From Fidelibacterota bacterium (GTDB taxonomy: Bacteria; Fidelibacterota; Marinisomatia; SCGC-AAA003-L08; D37C17): a stretch of DNA of 62,528 bases. The DNA lies in assembly GCA_002719095.1 (NCBI GenBank), contig PBGO01000024.1, positions 1 through 62,528 on the forward strand. The letters are read 5' to 3'. The notes below the pieces were generated by a model that saw only the letters and a program-made list of their open reading frames with translations, did no database searches and was not told the origin of the DNA. This document shows, one piece after another, positions 1 through 9,825 of the stretch (position 1 is its first letter; each line of letters begins with the position of its first letter). The position numbers and the translations under genes were made by a program.

Positions 1-498
1 ATAAATATTTTCATTATTTAAAGTATCTTGAAGATCTCTATTGGTGTTATTGAGCTTAATGAAAACTTTTTGAATTGTCATTAAATCATTTGAGTTATTT
101 GAATATTGGTCCAGAAAGTTAATATGCTCTGATGAAACAAGAAGTTTGTTTGAATCATGCTGTTTCTGGAATTGAAACAATTTGCTACTTAAAGATATAA
201 TTTCCGATTTAGTAGATTTTTTATCATTTACCAAATAGATAGATTTCTTCTTAAAGTATCTTCTTGAAATTGATAAATTTTCACCTTCAAATTGAAATTG
301 ACCTAAGATTTCAAGCTTTTTTTCTTTATTCCGCAAGAAGTTTATACTTAAGTAACCTCCAAAAAGTATATCAATGGCATTAAGTATTAGTGATTTCCCT
401 GAACCAGTTTCTCCAGTGATAACATTAAGACCATCTGTAAATGTAGCCTCGAGTGAATCAATTATAGCAAAATTTTCAATTTTTATTTTTTTTATCAT
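1..498 (-). CDS. recN: DNA repair protein RecN, N-terminal part (gene runs off the left edge of the window)
   Basis: Not in the ORF track because no stop lies in the window. Reverse-complement reading from ATG 498-496 gives MIKKIKIENFAIIDSLEATFTDGLNVITGETGSGKSLILNAIDILFGG, the RecN/SMC-type N-terminal Walker A block. The frame stays open to position 1. Confidence 0.8.
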   Translation of the reverse strand, partial: MIKKIKIENFAIIDSLEATFTDGLNVITGETGSGKSLILNAIDILFGGYLSINFLRNKEKKLEILGQFQFEGENLSISRRYFKKKSIYLVNDKKSTKSEIISLSSKLFQFQKQHDSNKLLVSSEHINFLDQYSNNSNDLMTIQKVFIKLNNTNRDLQDTLNNENIY

Positions 499-844
499 AA
501 TAATTAGTTGCTAATATTGAAATAAATATGCCTGTGTACAAACCTATAAGATTAAATAAGAAATCTAAATGGTCCACAGTCCTTCCAGAAATGTGCTGTA
601 CAAAATATTCATCTAAATAAGCAATTGAAAGGACTAATATATAAAATATTTTAAATATATTACTCTTTTTATTTACTGCCAACACTAGCAAATATCCCAA
701 TATAAGGTATTCAAAAAAGTGAAATATCTTATCAATTCCAAATTGATGAATTTTTCCAATGAAGCCATGACCAGGAATAGATGATATACTAAATATTAAA
801 ATTATATAAAGGAATAAAACGATATTTTTATAAACAGAGTTCAT
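476..844 (-). CDS. VanZ-like membrane protein
   Basis: 122 aa with about 4 hydrophobic segments. The GIDKIFHFFEYLILGYLL motif resembles the VanZ-family core. Confidence 0.55.
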   Translation of the reverse strand: MNSVYKNIVLFLYIILIFSISSIPGHGFIGKIHQFGIDKIFHFFEYLILGYLLVLAVNKKSNIFKIFYILVLSIAYLDEYFVQHISGRTVDHLDFLFNLIGLYTGIFISILATNYYDKKNKN

Positions 845-2327
845 TTAGCGCAATTGGTATTGTTTTAATCAAATCGCTTGGAGACATTGAATACTTTGAT
901 TTCTTTCTTGAGAATATTTGACTACAAAATCCATGAACATAGGTTGCTATCATTGTTGAATTATCAACGCCATATCCTCTAGAAAGGAAACCTAATATCA
1001 TTCCTGCAAGAACATCACCTGAACCAGCTGATGCAAGTGAACTTTGACCATTATTTATAAATGATATATCACCTTTCGAAGATATAATGATATTTACTGG
1101 TCCTTTAATTAGCAACACCCTCGAATCAAGAATGGGTATTATTGATTTACAAAACTCAATAATATCATCTTTTTTAAAATTTGGAAATATCTTTTTTAAT
1201 TCACCCTCATGAGGTGTCATAATACATTTTTTAGGTAAATCGTCTATTGACATACTCCTGTACAATGGTTCAAATCCAGAAGCATCTAATACACATTCAG
1301 AATTCTCTGATTTAATACAAGCAAGTAAATTTTGGATTAGTTTTGAGGTTGTCTCTAGTTTTCCTAATCCAGGGCCAATTAATACTGGTGATTTTTTTTT
1401 AACAAATCCTAATTTCAAAATCTCTTTTAAATCGCTTTCAATTAAATAGTTACCTTTACCAACATAGTTATTTACGGCTCCATCGTTAGAAGAAATTATA
1501 TTACTTATATTTTGTGGCATAAAAGTCTTAAGATATCCCGCTCCAGTTACAAGTGCAGATTTAATTGACAAAGCAGCAGCGCCTGGATAAGTTTTGGAAC
1601 CAACTATAGAATTGCATGGTTGATCGTATTTATTCCTTAGTGAATTATCTTGCTTTACAATCTTTTTTATGTCCGAGTGTTCAATCAACTTGGTGCTAAA
1701 ATTATCTGTATCTGGAAGTCCAATATCAAGAATTTTTGTTCTTGAAAAATTTTTTTTTCCAAAATTAATTATATCTGAATATTTGTAATTTCCCATTGAT
1801 AAGATGAATTTTGGTTCAACAAAAGTATCGGAAATATTTTTTCCAGAATCGCAATGAATTCCAGACGGAATATCTAAAGAAATAACATTTTTATTTTTAA
1901 TTAAATTAATAATTTTTTTATACTTTCCGATTACAACTTTATTTAGACCAATACCAAAAATACCATCAATGTACCAATCATAAGATTTAAAAATATTAAT
2001 TTCAGTTGTAAGCAAAGTTTCTTCAAAAGAAATATTATATTGATTCATCACTTTTTTTGATTTAGCATAATCGAAAATATATAAATCTACCTCAACACCA
2101 TATTCTTTCATATAATGGTACATAATAATAGCATCTGCTCCATTATTACCTTTACCAGCAAGAACCAGTGTTTTTTTATTAAAAGGGTTATTAATTTTTT
2201 CTAAAAAAAATTGTGCAGATAGCTTACCTGCATTATCCATTAATTTTTCATATGAAATAAATTTACTTTGAATAGCAAATTCATCAAGTTTCTTTGCTTC
2301 ATATTTTGATAGTACATTAAAGCTCAT
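828..2327 (-). CDS. nnr: Bifunctional NAD(P)H-hydrate repair enzyme (epimerase / ADP-dependent dehydratase)
   Basis: The N-terminal YjeF_N motif GKGNNGADA and the C-terminal carbohydrate-kinase-type motif AGSGDVLAGMI occur in one 499-aa ORF. Confidence 0.85.
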   Translation of the reverse strand: MSFNVLSKYEAKKLDEFAIQSKFISYEKLMDNAGKLSAQFFLEKINNPFNKKTLVLAGKGNNGADAIIMYHYMKEYGVEVDLYIFDYAKSKKVMNQYNISFEETLLTTEINIFKSYDWYIDGIFGIGLNKVVIGKYKKIINLIKNKNVISLDIPSGIHCDSGKNISDTFVEPKFILSMGNYKYSDIINFGKKNFSRTKILDIGLPDTDNFSTKLIEHSDIKKIVKQDNSLRNKYDQPCNSIVGSKTYPGAAALSIKSALVTGAGYLKTFMPQNISNIISSNDGAVNNYVGKGNYLIESDLKEILKLGFVKKKSPVLIGPGLGKLETTSKLIQNLLACIKSENSECVLDASGFEPLYRSMSIDDLPKKCIMTPHEGELKKIFPNFKKDDIIEFCKSIIPILDSRVLLIKGPVNIIISSKGDISFINNGQSSLASAGSGDVLAGMILGFLSRGYGVDNSTMIATYVHGFCSQIFSRKKSKYSMSPSDLIKTIPIALNELCL

Positions 2328-2689
2328 TATATATCAATTAAAGCAATTGCAGTAGCATGTTTAGTTGTATGAGAAATTGATAAAGATATATACTTATATT
2401 CATTTGTATTTAATTTCATTATTCGGACATATGGCTCGCCATTTTTTTTATTTAGAATTTCAATATCTTTTGGAAAAATATTACTACCAATCATAGCTGA
2501 ACAAAGAGCTTTCTTTACTGCTTCCTTGGAAGAAAATTTACCAGATAAATGAATAATTTTATTTTTTTTGTTGATTACATTTTTAATTTCTGCATCAGAA
2601 AAAATTTTTTTAAGAAAATGATTATCGAATTTTATAAAAATTTTTTTAATTCTGTCAATTTCGACTATATCATTGCCAACAAAAATCAT
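2327..2689 (-). CDS. acpS: Holo-[acyl-carrier-protein] synthase
   Basis: 120 aa. It has the GNDIVEIDRI N-terminus and the SISHTTKHATA C-terminal motif typical of AcpS. Its stop overlaps the nnr start by 1 nt. Confidence 0.85.
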   Translation of the reverse strand: MIFVGNDIVEIDRIKKIFIKFDNHFLKKIFSDAEIKNVINKKNKIIHLSGKFSSKEAVKKALCSAMIGSNIFPKDIEILNKKNGEPYVRIMKLNTNEYKYISLSISHTTKHATAIALIDI

Positions 2690-3372
2690 TTTTGATTTAC
2701 AGTTTTAACGTAGTCAACAATCTCACTTATATCATTAAGAATAATATCCGCATCAACTTTCTTAAGCTTATTTGATGAATTACCATATTTAGCAAAAGCA
2801 GTTTTCATACCAACGCGTTGAGCGCCGTAAATATCTTTCTCAGGCCAATCACCAACCATAATGCTTTCATGGGGTTTAATTTTAAAATGATTTAGTATCA
2901 TTTCAAATGGTATTTTAGATGGTTTTTTATATCCTGAATCATCAAAGGTTATAACACTATCAAAAATATCATGAAAATTAACAGAATACAACCTTGTCCA
3001 AGCTTCTCTTTTTGGAGCATCAGTTATAAGTCCAAGCTTTAAACCAAGTTTAGAAATATCAATTAGTGTTTTATTAGAATTTGGATAAGCAATTAAAGCT
3101 TCTTCTTTTGCTCTTCTGTATGATACTATTCCCGCAGCAAGTATTTTGTAGTCAATCTTATTACATTCACTTTTAATAAATTGATTTAGAACTTCCTGAT
3201 ATTCATATCCTTGTTGGTCATAAATATTGTATATTTTTTTTTTTGCTTCTTCAAAAGGTAATTTTAAACCTGATTCAATCATACCTGTAACTGCAGCTTT
3301 CACAGCTTGATTTTTCATATGCATGAAATCTATCAAAGTATTATCTAAATCAAAAATTACAGCTTTTATCAT
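2686..3372 (-). CDS. HAD-superfamily hydrolase (subfamily IA-like phosphatase)
   Basis: Motif I is IFDLDNTLIDF. The later motifs K(KP) and GDWPEKDIYGAQRVGMKT are also present. Confidence 0.7.
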   Translation of the reverse strand: MIKAVIFDLDNTLIDFMHMKNQAVKAAVTGMIESGLKLPFEEAKKKIYNIYDQQGYEYQEVLNQFIKSECNKIDYKILAAGIVSYRRAKEEALIAYPNSNKTLIDISKLGLKLGLITDAPKREAWTRLYSVNFHDIFDSVITFDDSGYKKPSKIPFEMILNHFKIKPHESIMVGDWPEKDIYGAQRVGMKTAFAKYGNSSNKLKKVDADIILNDISEIVDYVKTVNQK

Positions 3373-3382
3373 AAGACTATGA

Positions 3383-4705
3383 TTAATTAAGTTCTTTTTT
3401 AATTAAATCAATTTCGTACTGAGCAATTTTTCTCCATTTACTCGATTTCTTTGCATTTTTAAAAGCTTCCATAGCAGCAATTCTATTACCAAGACCTTTT
3501 TCTGCAACGCCAAGTTCATAATACGCATCTGGATAACTTCTCTTAACTTTTATACAATCTTTAGCATACTTTTTTGCTAGATCAAATTTTAATAAGTTAT
3601 TATATACAGATGATAATCTTGCCATAACTTTATAATTTCTCCGATCATATGTTATAGCTTGCTCATAATAATATAAGGCTTTTGTGTATTCTTTAGAATT
3701 ACCGCTATCGGCAATATTTTGAAAGATTACTCCAATAGTCTCGTATGCTTTGGCATAATCTTTTTTTAAATCTATTGCTTTTTCTAGATACTCCAAGGAT
3801 TTTTCAATATTATTTTCACTAAAATAAATTTGACCAACAGCTAAATATGCTTTTTCATAATCTTGATTAACATCAATAGCTTTGAGATAATTTTGGAGAG
3901 CCAGTTCTCTCTTGTCTAATCTTTTCTGAACGTCACCAATAAGTTTGAATGCTTCGAAATGAGTGTCATCTAAACTTAATAGTTGATTTAATATTTTTTC
4001 AGATTCAGAATATTCTTTTAGAAAAAATAAGGCTTTTGAAATTTTGAATTGTAACGCAATTTTCTTTTGAAAATCTATCTCGGTTTCATTACTACTCAAA
4101 TTATTAAATGCAAACATATACTGATTTTTTGCACTACTAAAATCTCTCATAGAGTAATATTCATCTCCATCTGAAATGAACTTACCGATTATAAAATTCA
4201 TAGATAATCTGTATTTTTCTCTGAAAGGATTAATTTGAACTGCTTTCTTAAATGAAGAGAGTGCACTTTCATAGTTTTCTTCTTGCTGATGCAACTTGCC
4301 TATACTATAATCTACTAATCCACAATTTGCGAAGTTTAATGCTTTCAAATCATCAACTGCACCCAAATAGTCTCCTCCCTCTTGGTATTTCTTTAAAGCT
4401 ATCTCAATATCTTTACGCATTCTTACAATTCTATCCCATTCATCTCTATAAGATTTAATATCTTCTAAAGATATTGCTTTTTTAAGGTATTTGATAGACT
4501 TGTCAAAATCATCTATTTTTAAAGCTATTTCAGATGCGGACTTATAAAAAGTATGATCAAGGTTTATACTTTTTTTAATGGCATCATCAGCCAAGTCAAT
4601 AACTTTAAGATAATCTCCATTACTTTTTAGAATGAATAGGCTATCCGAGTAATTATTAGTAAAGATATATCCAATTAACAAAAAAATTATAATTTTCATA
4701 TACAT
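3383..4705 (-). CDS. Tetratricopeptide-repeat protein with N-terminal signal/anchor
   Basis: The sequence has repeated 34-aa A/Y/L periodicity (for example AYLAVGQIYFSENNIEKSLEYLEKAIDLKKDYAKAYETIG). The track start at 4744 runs into tRNA-Leu. ATG at 4705 or 4699 (MYMKIIIFLLIGY) is the plausible start. Confidence 0.6.
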   Translation of the reverse strand: MYMKIIIFLLIGYIFTNNYSDSLFILKSNGDYLKVIDLADDAIKKSINLDHTFYKSASEIALKIDDFDKSIKYLKKAISLEDIKSYRDEWDRIVRMRKDIEIALKKYQEGGDYLGAVDDLKALNFANCGLVDYSIGKLHQQEENYESALSSFKKAVQINPFREKYRLSMNFIIGKFISDGDEYYSMRDFSSAKNQYMFAFNNLSSNETEIDFQKKIALQFKISKALFFLKEYSESEKILNQLLSLDDTHFEAFKLIGDVQKRLDKRELALQNYLKAIDVNQDYEKAYLAVGQIYFSENNIEKSLEYLEKAIDLKKDYAKAYETIGVIFQNIADSGNSKEYTKALYYYEQAITYDRRNYKVMARLSSVYNNLLKFDLAKKYAKDCIKVKRSYPDAYYELGVAEKGLGNRIAAMEAFKNAKKSSKWRKIAQYEIDLIKKELN

Positions 4706-4717
4706 AACTCCGTTTTG

Positions 4718-4801
4718 TGCTGAAGGCGGGACTTGAACCCGCACGAGATTTCTCTCACTGCCCCCTCAAGACAGCGTGTCTACCAGTTCCACCACTTCAG
4801 C
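4718..4801 (-). tRNA. tRNA-Leu (anticodon GAG)
   Basis: Reverse complement: GCTGAAG TG GTGG..AGACAC.. CTGTC-TTGAGGG-GGCAG, long variable arm, GCGGG-TTCAAGT-CCCGC, CTTCAGC-A. It folds as an 84-nt class II cloverleaf. Confidence 0.9.
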
Positions 4802-4806
4802 AGTTA

Positions 4807-5031
4807 TTAGTTCAAATATGATAAAACAATAGCTATGGTCATATAAAGAAATGCCAAGCCAACTGTTATACGTACTAAGAGTTTATCTGCTTCGGCAGAA
4901 CCGAGAGCAGAGTTAAGAGCAGTATTACCTGCCATTCCAGCTCCCATTCCTGATTTACTACTTTGAATTAAAATTATACCGACTAACATAATGCATATCA
5001 GTATGAAAACTACTAGAAAAAAATAAAACAT
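4807..5031 (-). CDS. secG: Preprotein translocase subunit SecG
   Basis: 74 aa with two TM segments. The LIQSSKSGMGAGMAG motif is characteristic of SecG, and the gene sits next to tpiA as in many bacteria. Confidence 0.85.
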   Translation of the reverse strand: MFYFFLVVFILICIMLVGIILIQSSKSGMGAGMAGNTALNSALGSAEADKLLVRITVGLAFLYMTIAIVLSYLN

Positions 5032-5035
5032 ATTG

Positions 5036-5782
5036 TTATCCTTTATTTGTTTTAATTAAATCCCAAAAATCATCAGGATTTAAAGAAGCACCTCCAATTA
5101 AAAAACCATCTAAACTGCTAATATTAATAATACATGATAAATTACTCATATTAACACTTCCTCCATACAAAATATAAAATTGATCATTATTATAACCTAA
5201 CTTATTCATTTGAAATTTAATTTCAGTATTTACATCTGATATATCATCATTATTTGCTGCTTTTCCAGTTCCAATAGCCCATACAGGCTCATATGCAATC
5301 AAAATTCTTTTAAAGGTTTTAATATTTTTTAAGCCTTTTTGTATTTGTTTTTTTATAACATTTTGTGTCTCTTTATTTTCTTTTTCAATTAAAGTTTCTC
5401 CAACGCACAAGATAGGATTTATATCATTCGAAATAAGTTCTTTAATTTTATGATTTATCTGTTCATCAGTTTCATTGAAAAGTAATCGCCTCTCTGAATG
5501 ACCAACTATACAATATCTAGCCCCTGCATGATGTATCATTCTTGCTGATATTTCTCCGGTGTTATTGAGATTTGTAAAATGACTAATATTTTGAGAACCA
5601 ACCATAATACTGTTTAAATTATTTTTTTTAAGATATTTTACAAAATCAATAATATCTATAAAAGATGGACAAAAAATTACTTTTTTATCTTTATCATCTC
5701 TATACAAAGTGACAAATCTTTTAACAAAGTTTTTAAAATCACCACTTGCATTGTTCATTTTCCAATTTGCTACAAATATCAA
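5036..5782 (-). CDS. tpiA: Triosephosphate isomerase
   Basis: Motifs ANWKMN, IVGHSERR and AYEPVWAIGTG are present. A TTG start follows the pgk stop directly. Confidence 0.9.
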   Translation of the reverse strand: MIFVANWKMNNASGDFKNFVKRFVTLYRDDKDKKVIFCPSFIDIIDFVKYLKKNNLNSIMVGSQNISHFTNLNNTGEISARMIHHAGARYCIVGHSERRLLFNETDEQINHKIKELISNDINPILCVGETLIEKENKETQNVIKKQIQKGLKNIKTFKRILIAYEPVWAIGTGKAANNDDISDVNTEIKFQMNKLGYNNDQFYILYGGSVNMSNLSCIINISSLDGFLIGGASLNPDDFWDLIKTNKG

Positions 5783-6970
5783 CTACACATCCTCCATTGA
5801 TTTAATCGCCGGTAAAACTTCACCAGAAAGTAAACTAAGACAGGAACCACCTCCTGTTGAAACATGAGTAAATTCATTAAATTCCTCTCTTTCAAGTAAA
5901 GAGCTGGTATCCCCTCCGCCAAGTATGCTGATTAAACCATTTTTTGTATACTTTTTTAACAATTCCATTATCTTAAATGTTCCTTTAGAAAATTCTTTTT
6001 TTTCTACTATACCCATTGGCCCGTTCCAAATCACACAGCTGGCATCTTTAATAATACTATTAAACTCTATCAATGTTTGAGGACCGATATCTGCAGCTAT
6101 ATCAAAGTCATTAATTTCATATACTTTTCTAGTTACTTCCTCAGGTTTGAAAACACTCTTTGAACAAATCAAATCACAAGGCAAAACTATTTTTTTATTT
6201 TTCGATAGTATACTTTTTGCAATCTCTGTTGACTTCGATTCTATAAGAGATTTGCCTACTTTGAGTCCCTTTGCCAACAAAAAATTATTAGCCATCGCTC
6301 CTCCAATCAAAATTTTATCCGCTATAGACTCAAATCTATCAATAATTTTGATTTTATCAGATATTTTAGAACCGCCAAGAATTAAAATAATCTTTTTTTG
6401 TTGACTGAAAAAATTTGATGATAAATATTTGAGTTCTTTTGCAAATAAAAACCCAAAATACTTATTATCAAAAAATTTTGAAACACCAACGTTTGATGCG
6501 TGTTTCCTGTGAGCTGTGCCAAAAGCATCATTAATAAAGATATCTGCATGTCTAGATAATTGTTTACTAAAGAGTAAATCACATTGTTTTTCTTCTTCAT
6601 GAAATCTTAAATTTTCTAAAACATGGACTTCTCCCGAATTCATGTTATTTGAAACATTTAGCGCCTCACTTGAAATACAATCATTACTAAAAAATACTTT
6701 GGTATTTAATCGTGATTTTAAATATAAATAAACTTTATAAAGTGATAAAGCACTCTCTTTAGCTTTTGGCCTTCCCATGTGCGAAGCTAATACAATTTTT
6801 GCTCCATGATTAATACAAAAATTTATTGTCTCAAGCGATGAATCTAATCTAAAAGTATTTATGATTTCACCATTTTTCATTGGGACATTGAAATCTGCTC
6901 TTATTAAAACGGTTTTATTTTTAACGTTTACATTCAAAAGATCATTCATGTTCTTTAACCTGGAGGCCAA
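5783..6970 (-). CDS. pgk: Phosphoglycerate kinase
   Basis: Motifs RADFNVP, SHMGRPK and STGGGSCLSLLSG are present. The start may instead be the second Met at 6949. Confidence 0.9.
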   Translation of the reverse strand: MASRLKNMNDLLNVNVKNKTVLIRADFNVPMKNGEIINTFRLDSSLETINFCINHGAKIVLASHMGRPKAKESALSLYKVYLYLKSRLNTKVFFSNDCISSEALNVSNNMNSGEVHVLENLRFHEEEKQCDLLFSKQLSRHADIFINDAFGTAHRKHASNVGVSKFFDNKYFGFLFAKELKYLSSNFFSQQKKIILILGGSKISDKIKIIDRFESIADKILIGGAMANNFLLAKGLKVGKSLIESKSTEIAKSILSKNKKIVLPCDLICSKSVFKPEEVTRKVYEINDFDIAADIGPQTLIEFNSIIKDASCVIWNGPMGIVEKKEFSKGTFKIMELLKKYTKNGLISILGGGDTSSLLEREEFNEFTHVSTGGGSCLSLLSGEVLPAIKSMEDV

Positions 6971-7296
6971 TTAAGTTTCTTGCCTGCAATCATATGCATA
7001 TGTAGATGATAGACTGTCTGTCCGCCATTTTCATTACAATTAATTACTAATCTATATCCATCTTTTGCAATTTTCTTTTTTTTAGCGATATCTCTTGCGA
7101 CAATAAACATTTTACCAATTAAATTAGAATCGTTTTCTGAGATTTCATTTATAGATCTTATCTTTTTTTTAGGAATAATTAGAAAATGAATCGGAGCGCA
7201 GGGATTTACATCCTCAAAAGCCAAAATATGGTCATCCTCAAAAATAATATTTGAATTTAACTCTTTATTGATAATTTTTGTAAAAATCGTATCCAA
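6955..7296 (-). CDS. HIT-family (histidine triad) nucleotide hydrolase
   Basis: 113 aa with the C-terminal HLHMHMI histidine triad. Confidence 0.8.
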   Translation of the reverse strand: MDTIFTKIINKELNSNIIFEDDHILAFEDVNPCAPIHFLIIPKKKIRSINEISENDSNLIGKMFIVARDIAKKKKIAKDGYRLVINCNENGGQTVYHLHMHMIAGKKLNWPPG

Positions 7297-7309
7297 TTGT
7301 ATTAATTGA

Positions 7310-7486
7310 TTATTTTTCTAACTCTTCAAAATCTGCATCTTGAACAAATTCAGTATCAATATTAATTTTCTTATTTCGAATATTTTTATTTTTGATATCT
7401 TTTTTTCTAAAAGCAAATTTAATAGTTTGTAATAGTTTTATTAAAATAATTAATAACGCGAAAAAGATAGTTAGTTTAACTAACAC
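7310..7486 (-). CDS. Small membrane protein (58 aa, below the ORF-track cutoff)
   Basis: Hand translation from GTG 7486 gives VLVKLTIFFALLIILIKLLQTIKFAFRKKDIKNKNIRNKKINIDTEFVQDADFEELEK-stop. The layout is one TM, a basic linker and an acidic D/E-F-E-E tail, which resembles small DUF4834-type proteins of Bacteroidota as I recall them. It fills an otherwise empty 195-nt gap. Confidence 0.3.
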   Translation of the reverse strand: MLVKLTIFFALLIILIKLLQTIKFAFRKKDIKNKNIRNKKINIDTEFVQDADFEELEK

Positions 7487-7491
7487 TTTAA

Positions 7492-8136
7492 TTAACCTAT
7501 ACTATGTTGAGGATTAAAAAACTTTGTTCCAGAGAACGGAGTTTTAACAACTTCTAGAATTTGATTCAAATCATTTTGATTGTCAACAAAATCAATATTA
7601 TTTGTATTAATAACTAATAAATTTCCCTTATCATACCTTAAAAAAAACTGATTATAAACATCATTAAGTTGAGAAAGGTATTCCCAGTCAATGTCTCGCT
7701 CATAAGACCTTCCTCTTTTACTTATATTATCCATTAATCTATCGACATCTGATTGTAAAAAAATTACTAAATCAGGATATGTTACATTTTTTTCAAATAT
7801 CGTAGCAAGCTTTTGATATAAAATCATCTCATTATCATCTAAACTTGTTTGAGCGAACAACTTATCTTTAGCAAACATATAATCCGAAACAATTTTATCA
7901 GAAAACAAATTAACTTGCTGAAGTTGAATCTGTTGGTAATACCTTGAAATTAAAAAGTTAATTTGTGTTTGAAATGCCCATCTTTTAGGATCTTTATAAA
8001 ATTCTGTGAGAAAAGGATTGTCTTCAAATTCTTCTAAAACTAATCTCCCTTGTATATGATTTGCAAGTATTCGAGCTAGACTAGTTTTCCCTACCCCAAT
8101 TGTGCCCTCAACAGCTATATGATATATCTTTTTCAT
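7492..8136 (-). CDS. Deoxynucleoside kinase
   Basis: P-loop VEGTIGVGKTSLARIL is followed by the dNK-family blocks (EEFEDNPFL, FQTQINFLISRY, RGRSYE). Confidence 0.75.
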   Translation of the reverse strand: MKKIYHIAVEGTIGVGKTSLARILANHIQGRLVLEEFEDNPFLTEFYKDPKRWAFQTQINFLISRYYQQIQLQQVNLFSDKIVSDYMFAKDKLFAQTSLDDNEMILYQKLATIFEKNVTYPDLVIFLQSDVDRLMDNISKRGRSYERDIDWEYLSQLNDVYNQFFLRYDKGNLLVINTNNIDFVDNQNDLNQILEVVKTPFSGTKFFNPQHSIG

Positions 8137-8641
8137 TTATATTGTATTTACACTTTCTAATTTTATCACATTTTTTTCTTAAATCTGTTATTAAATCTTT
8201 AATTTTTTTTCCACTTCCGGGCATACTGATGTTACCTTTAAGCTCAAAAATTGGTACTAGAACGAATTTTCTATCAAAAATACCTAAATGAGGTATTCTT
8301 AAAGCCTCGCTTTCTATTGATTCTTCTCCATACAGCAATATATCAATATCAATTTTTCTGGGTTGATTTCTTTTAGAATTCTTAGTTCTTCCAAGTTCAA
8401 ACTCCAAAGATTGTGTAACTTTAAGTAATGTATGTGGTTCAATAGTTGTTTCAATTTCAACAACACAATTAATGAAATTTTTCTGATCAAGATTATACAT
8501 TGGTGAAGTCTCATAAAGTGAAGATGATCCAATCAAATAAATGTTATCAGTATTTTTTATTAACTTAATACAGCTCATAATTCGTTCTTTTCTGGGGGAT
8601 ATATTTGAACCTAAAGATAATAATACTTTTTTACTTTTCAT
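8108..8641 (-). CDS. folK: 2-amino-4-hydroxy-6-hydroxymethyldihydropteridine pyrophosphokinase
   Basis: Motifs LGSNI, YETSPM, RKIDIDILLYG and RIPH are present, and the gene is adjacent to folB. Confidence 0.8.
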   Translation of the reverse strand: MKSKKVLLSLGSNISPRKERIMSCIKLIKNTDNIYLIGSSSLYETSPMYNLDQKNFINCVVEIETTIEPHTLLKVTQSLEFELGRTKNSKRNQPRKIDIDILLYGEESIESEALRIPHLGIFDRKFVLVPIFELKGNISMPGSGKKIKDLITDLRKKCDKIRKCKYNINEKDISYSC

Positions 8642-9026
8642 TTGAATTGTGCTCTACTTCTACATAAGGGACATTCATACCTATTGGATTAAATTTTCTA
8701 ATTCTAATACAAATATTGTCTAATATTAAATTACCATTAATGTTTTTTTTCTCATAATAACTATTAATACTATAAGCAGTTTTTATTGCTAATTCCTCTA
8801 AAAGATTATAGTTATTTAGATTAAATTCTTTCCTCACAATATCTACAATTTCAGCGTAATCAATAGTTGTCTTTAAATTGTCACTGCCTCTTAGTGACTT
8901 GTGTCTTGACAAAAGAATTTTAATGGATATATCAAATTCTTGACCCTTAGATTTTTCTTGTTGATAGCATCCATGATATCCATAAATTTTGATATTAGGT
9001 ATTCTTATTGTTAATCTATCGCTCAT
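8631..9026 (-). CDS. folB: Dihydroneopterin aldolase
   Basis: 131 aa. The block IYGYHGCYQQEKSKGQEFDISI is typical of FolB, and the gene overlaps folK. Confidence 0.75.
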   Translation of the reverse strand: MSDRLTIRIPNIKIYGYHGCYQQEKSKGQEFDISIKILLSRHKSLRGSDNLKTTIDYAEIVDIVRKEFNLNNYNLLEELAIKTAYSINSYYEKKNINGNLILDNICIRIRKFNPIGMNVPYVEVEHNSNEK

Positions 9027-9625
9027 AATTTTTGCATTTCAACAAATACTTCGTTTCCAATCCTTGGCTTAATAGAATCAGGATTAGGATTAAAATTTAT
9101 AATTTTGAATTTTTCTTCAAACATTGGCAGTACTGTATCAATATTGACATGAAAAGGCGGGCCAGAAGATTCTCTAGTTGGTTTTTTAGTTGGAAAAAAA
9201 AGAGCTAAGCAAACAGCTTTTTTGTACAGAATACTACTAACAACATCAATATAATTTTTTCTTTTATTTTTTGGTATAGCACAAAAACATGTATACTCTA
9301 TAACAATATCAAAAAAATTATTATACTTCAAGCTTAAATTGAATATATTCTCTTTTACAGGAAATAAATTATTTATATGATTTTCTTTTTTCAGTTTATA
9401 AAGATAATCAATAGGACTAGATGCAAAATCAACAGCAAAAACTTTATGCCCTTTTTCTGATAAGTAGATGGCATCTTTTGAATAGCCACACCCAAGAATA
9501 CAAATTTTTTTATTTATTGAATGGTTTATTGACTTTATAATTTCAGGTGTTGTAGTTCCTGTATCCCAAGGAGTATCATCCAATTCATACTTATCTTGCC
9601 AGAAATCTGGTTCTGAAATTTTCAT
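9023..9625 (-). CDS. SAM-dependent methyltransferase, thiopurine/halide-thiol methyltransferase (TPMT) family
   Basis: Motifs FWQDKY..TPWD, SAM motif I ILGCGYSKDAIYLSEKGHKVFAVDFAS, and GPPF are present. Confidence 0.65.
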   Translation of the reverse strand: MKISEPDFWQDKYELDDTPWDTGTTTPEIIKSINHSINKKICILGCGYSKDAIYLSEKGHKVFAVDFASSPIDYLYKLKKENHINNLFPVKENIFNLSLKYNNFFDIVIEYTCFCAIPKNKRKNYIDVVSSILYKKAVCLALFFPTKKPTRESSGPPFHVNIDTVLPMFEEKFKIINFNPNPDSIKPRIGNEVFVEMQKL

Positions 9626-9825
9626 TAGGGATTAATTCTAAATATATTAGAGGCAGACGGACCTTTTTGAGTTTGAACCACATCAAATTTCACTGAATCT
9701 CCTAAGCTTATTTTTTGACCAGCTCTTAGATTGGCAACATTAAAAAAATAATCATCACCTTCTAATGTTTCAATAAATCCCCACCCATTATTAATATCGT
9801 AGTGTTTTACTTTTCCAAGTAACAT
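9625..9825 (-). CDS. Cold-shock domain protein
   Basis: 66 aa. GKVKHYDINNGWGFIE is an RNP1-like cold-shock motif. Confidence 0.8.
   Translation of the reverse strand: MLLGKVKHYDINNGWGFIETLEGDDYFFNVANLRAGQKISLGDSVKFDVVQTQKGPSASNIFRINP

Noticed and set aside
4706-4744. N-terminal extension MRVQVPPSAQNGV of the TPR protein, and the analogous MGERVNGIHEVSGSIPLIST extension at 47170-47256
   Set aside because: Both extensions are read-through of tRNA genes (tRNA-Leu-GAG and tRNA-Ala-GGC). Internal starts with hydrophobic signal sequences are far more plausible.
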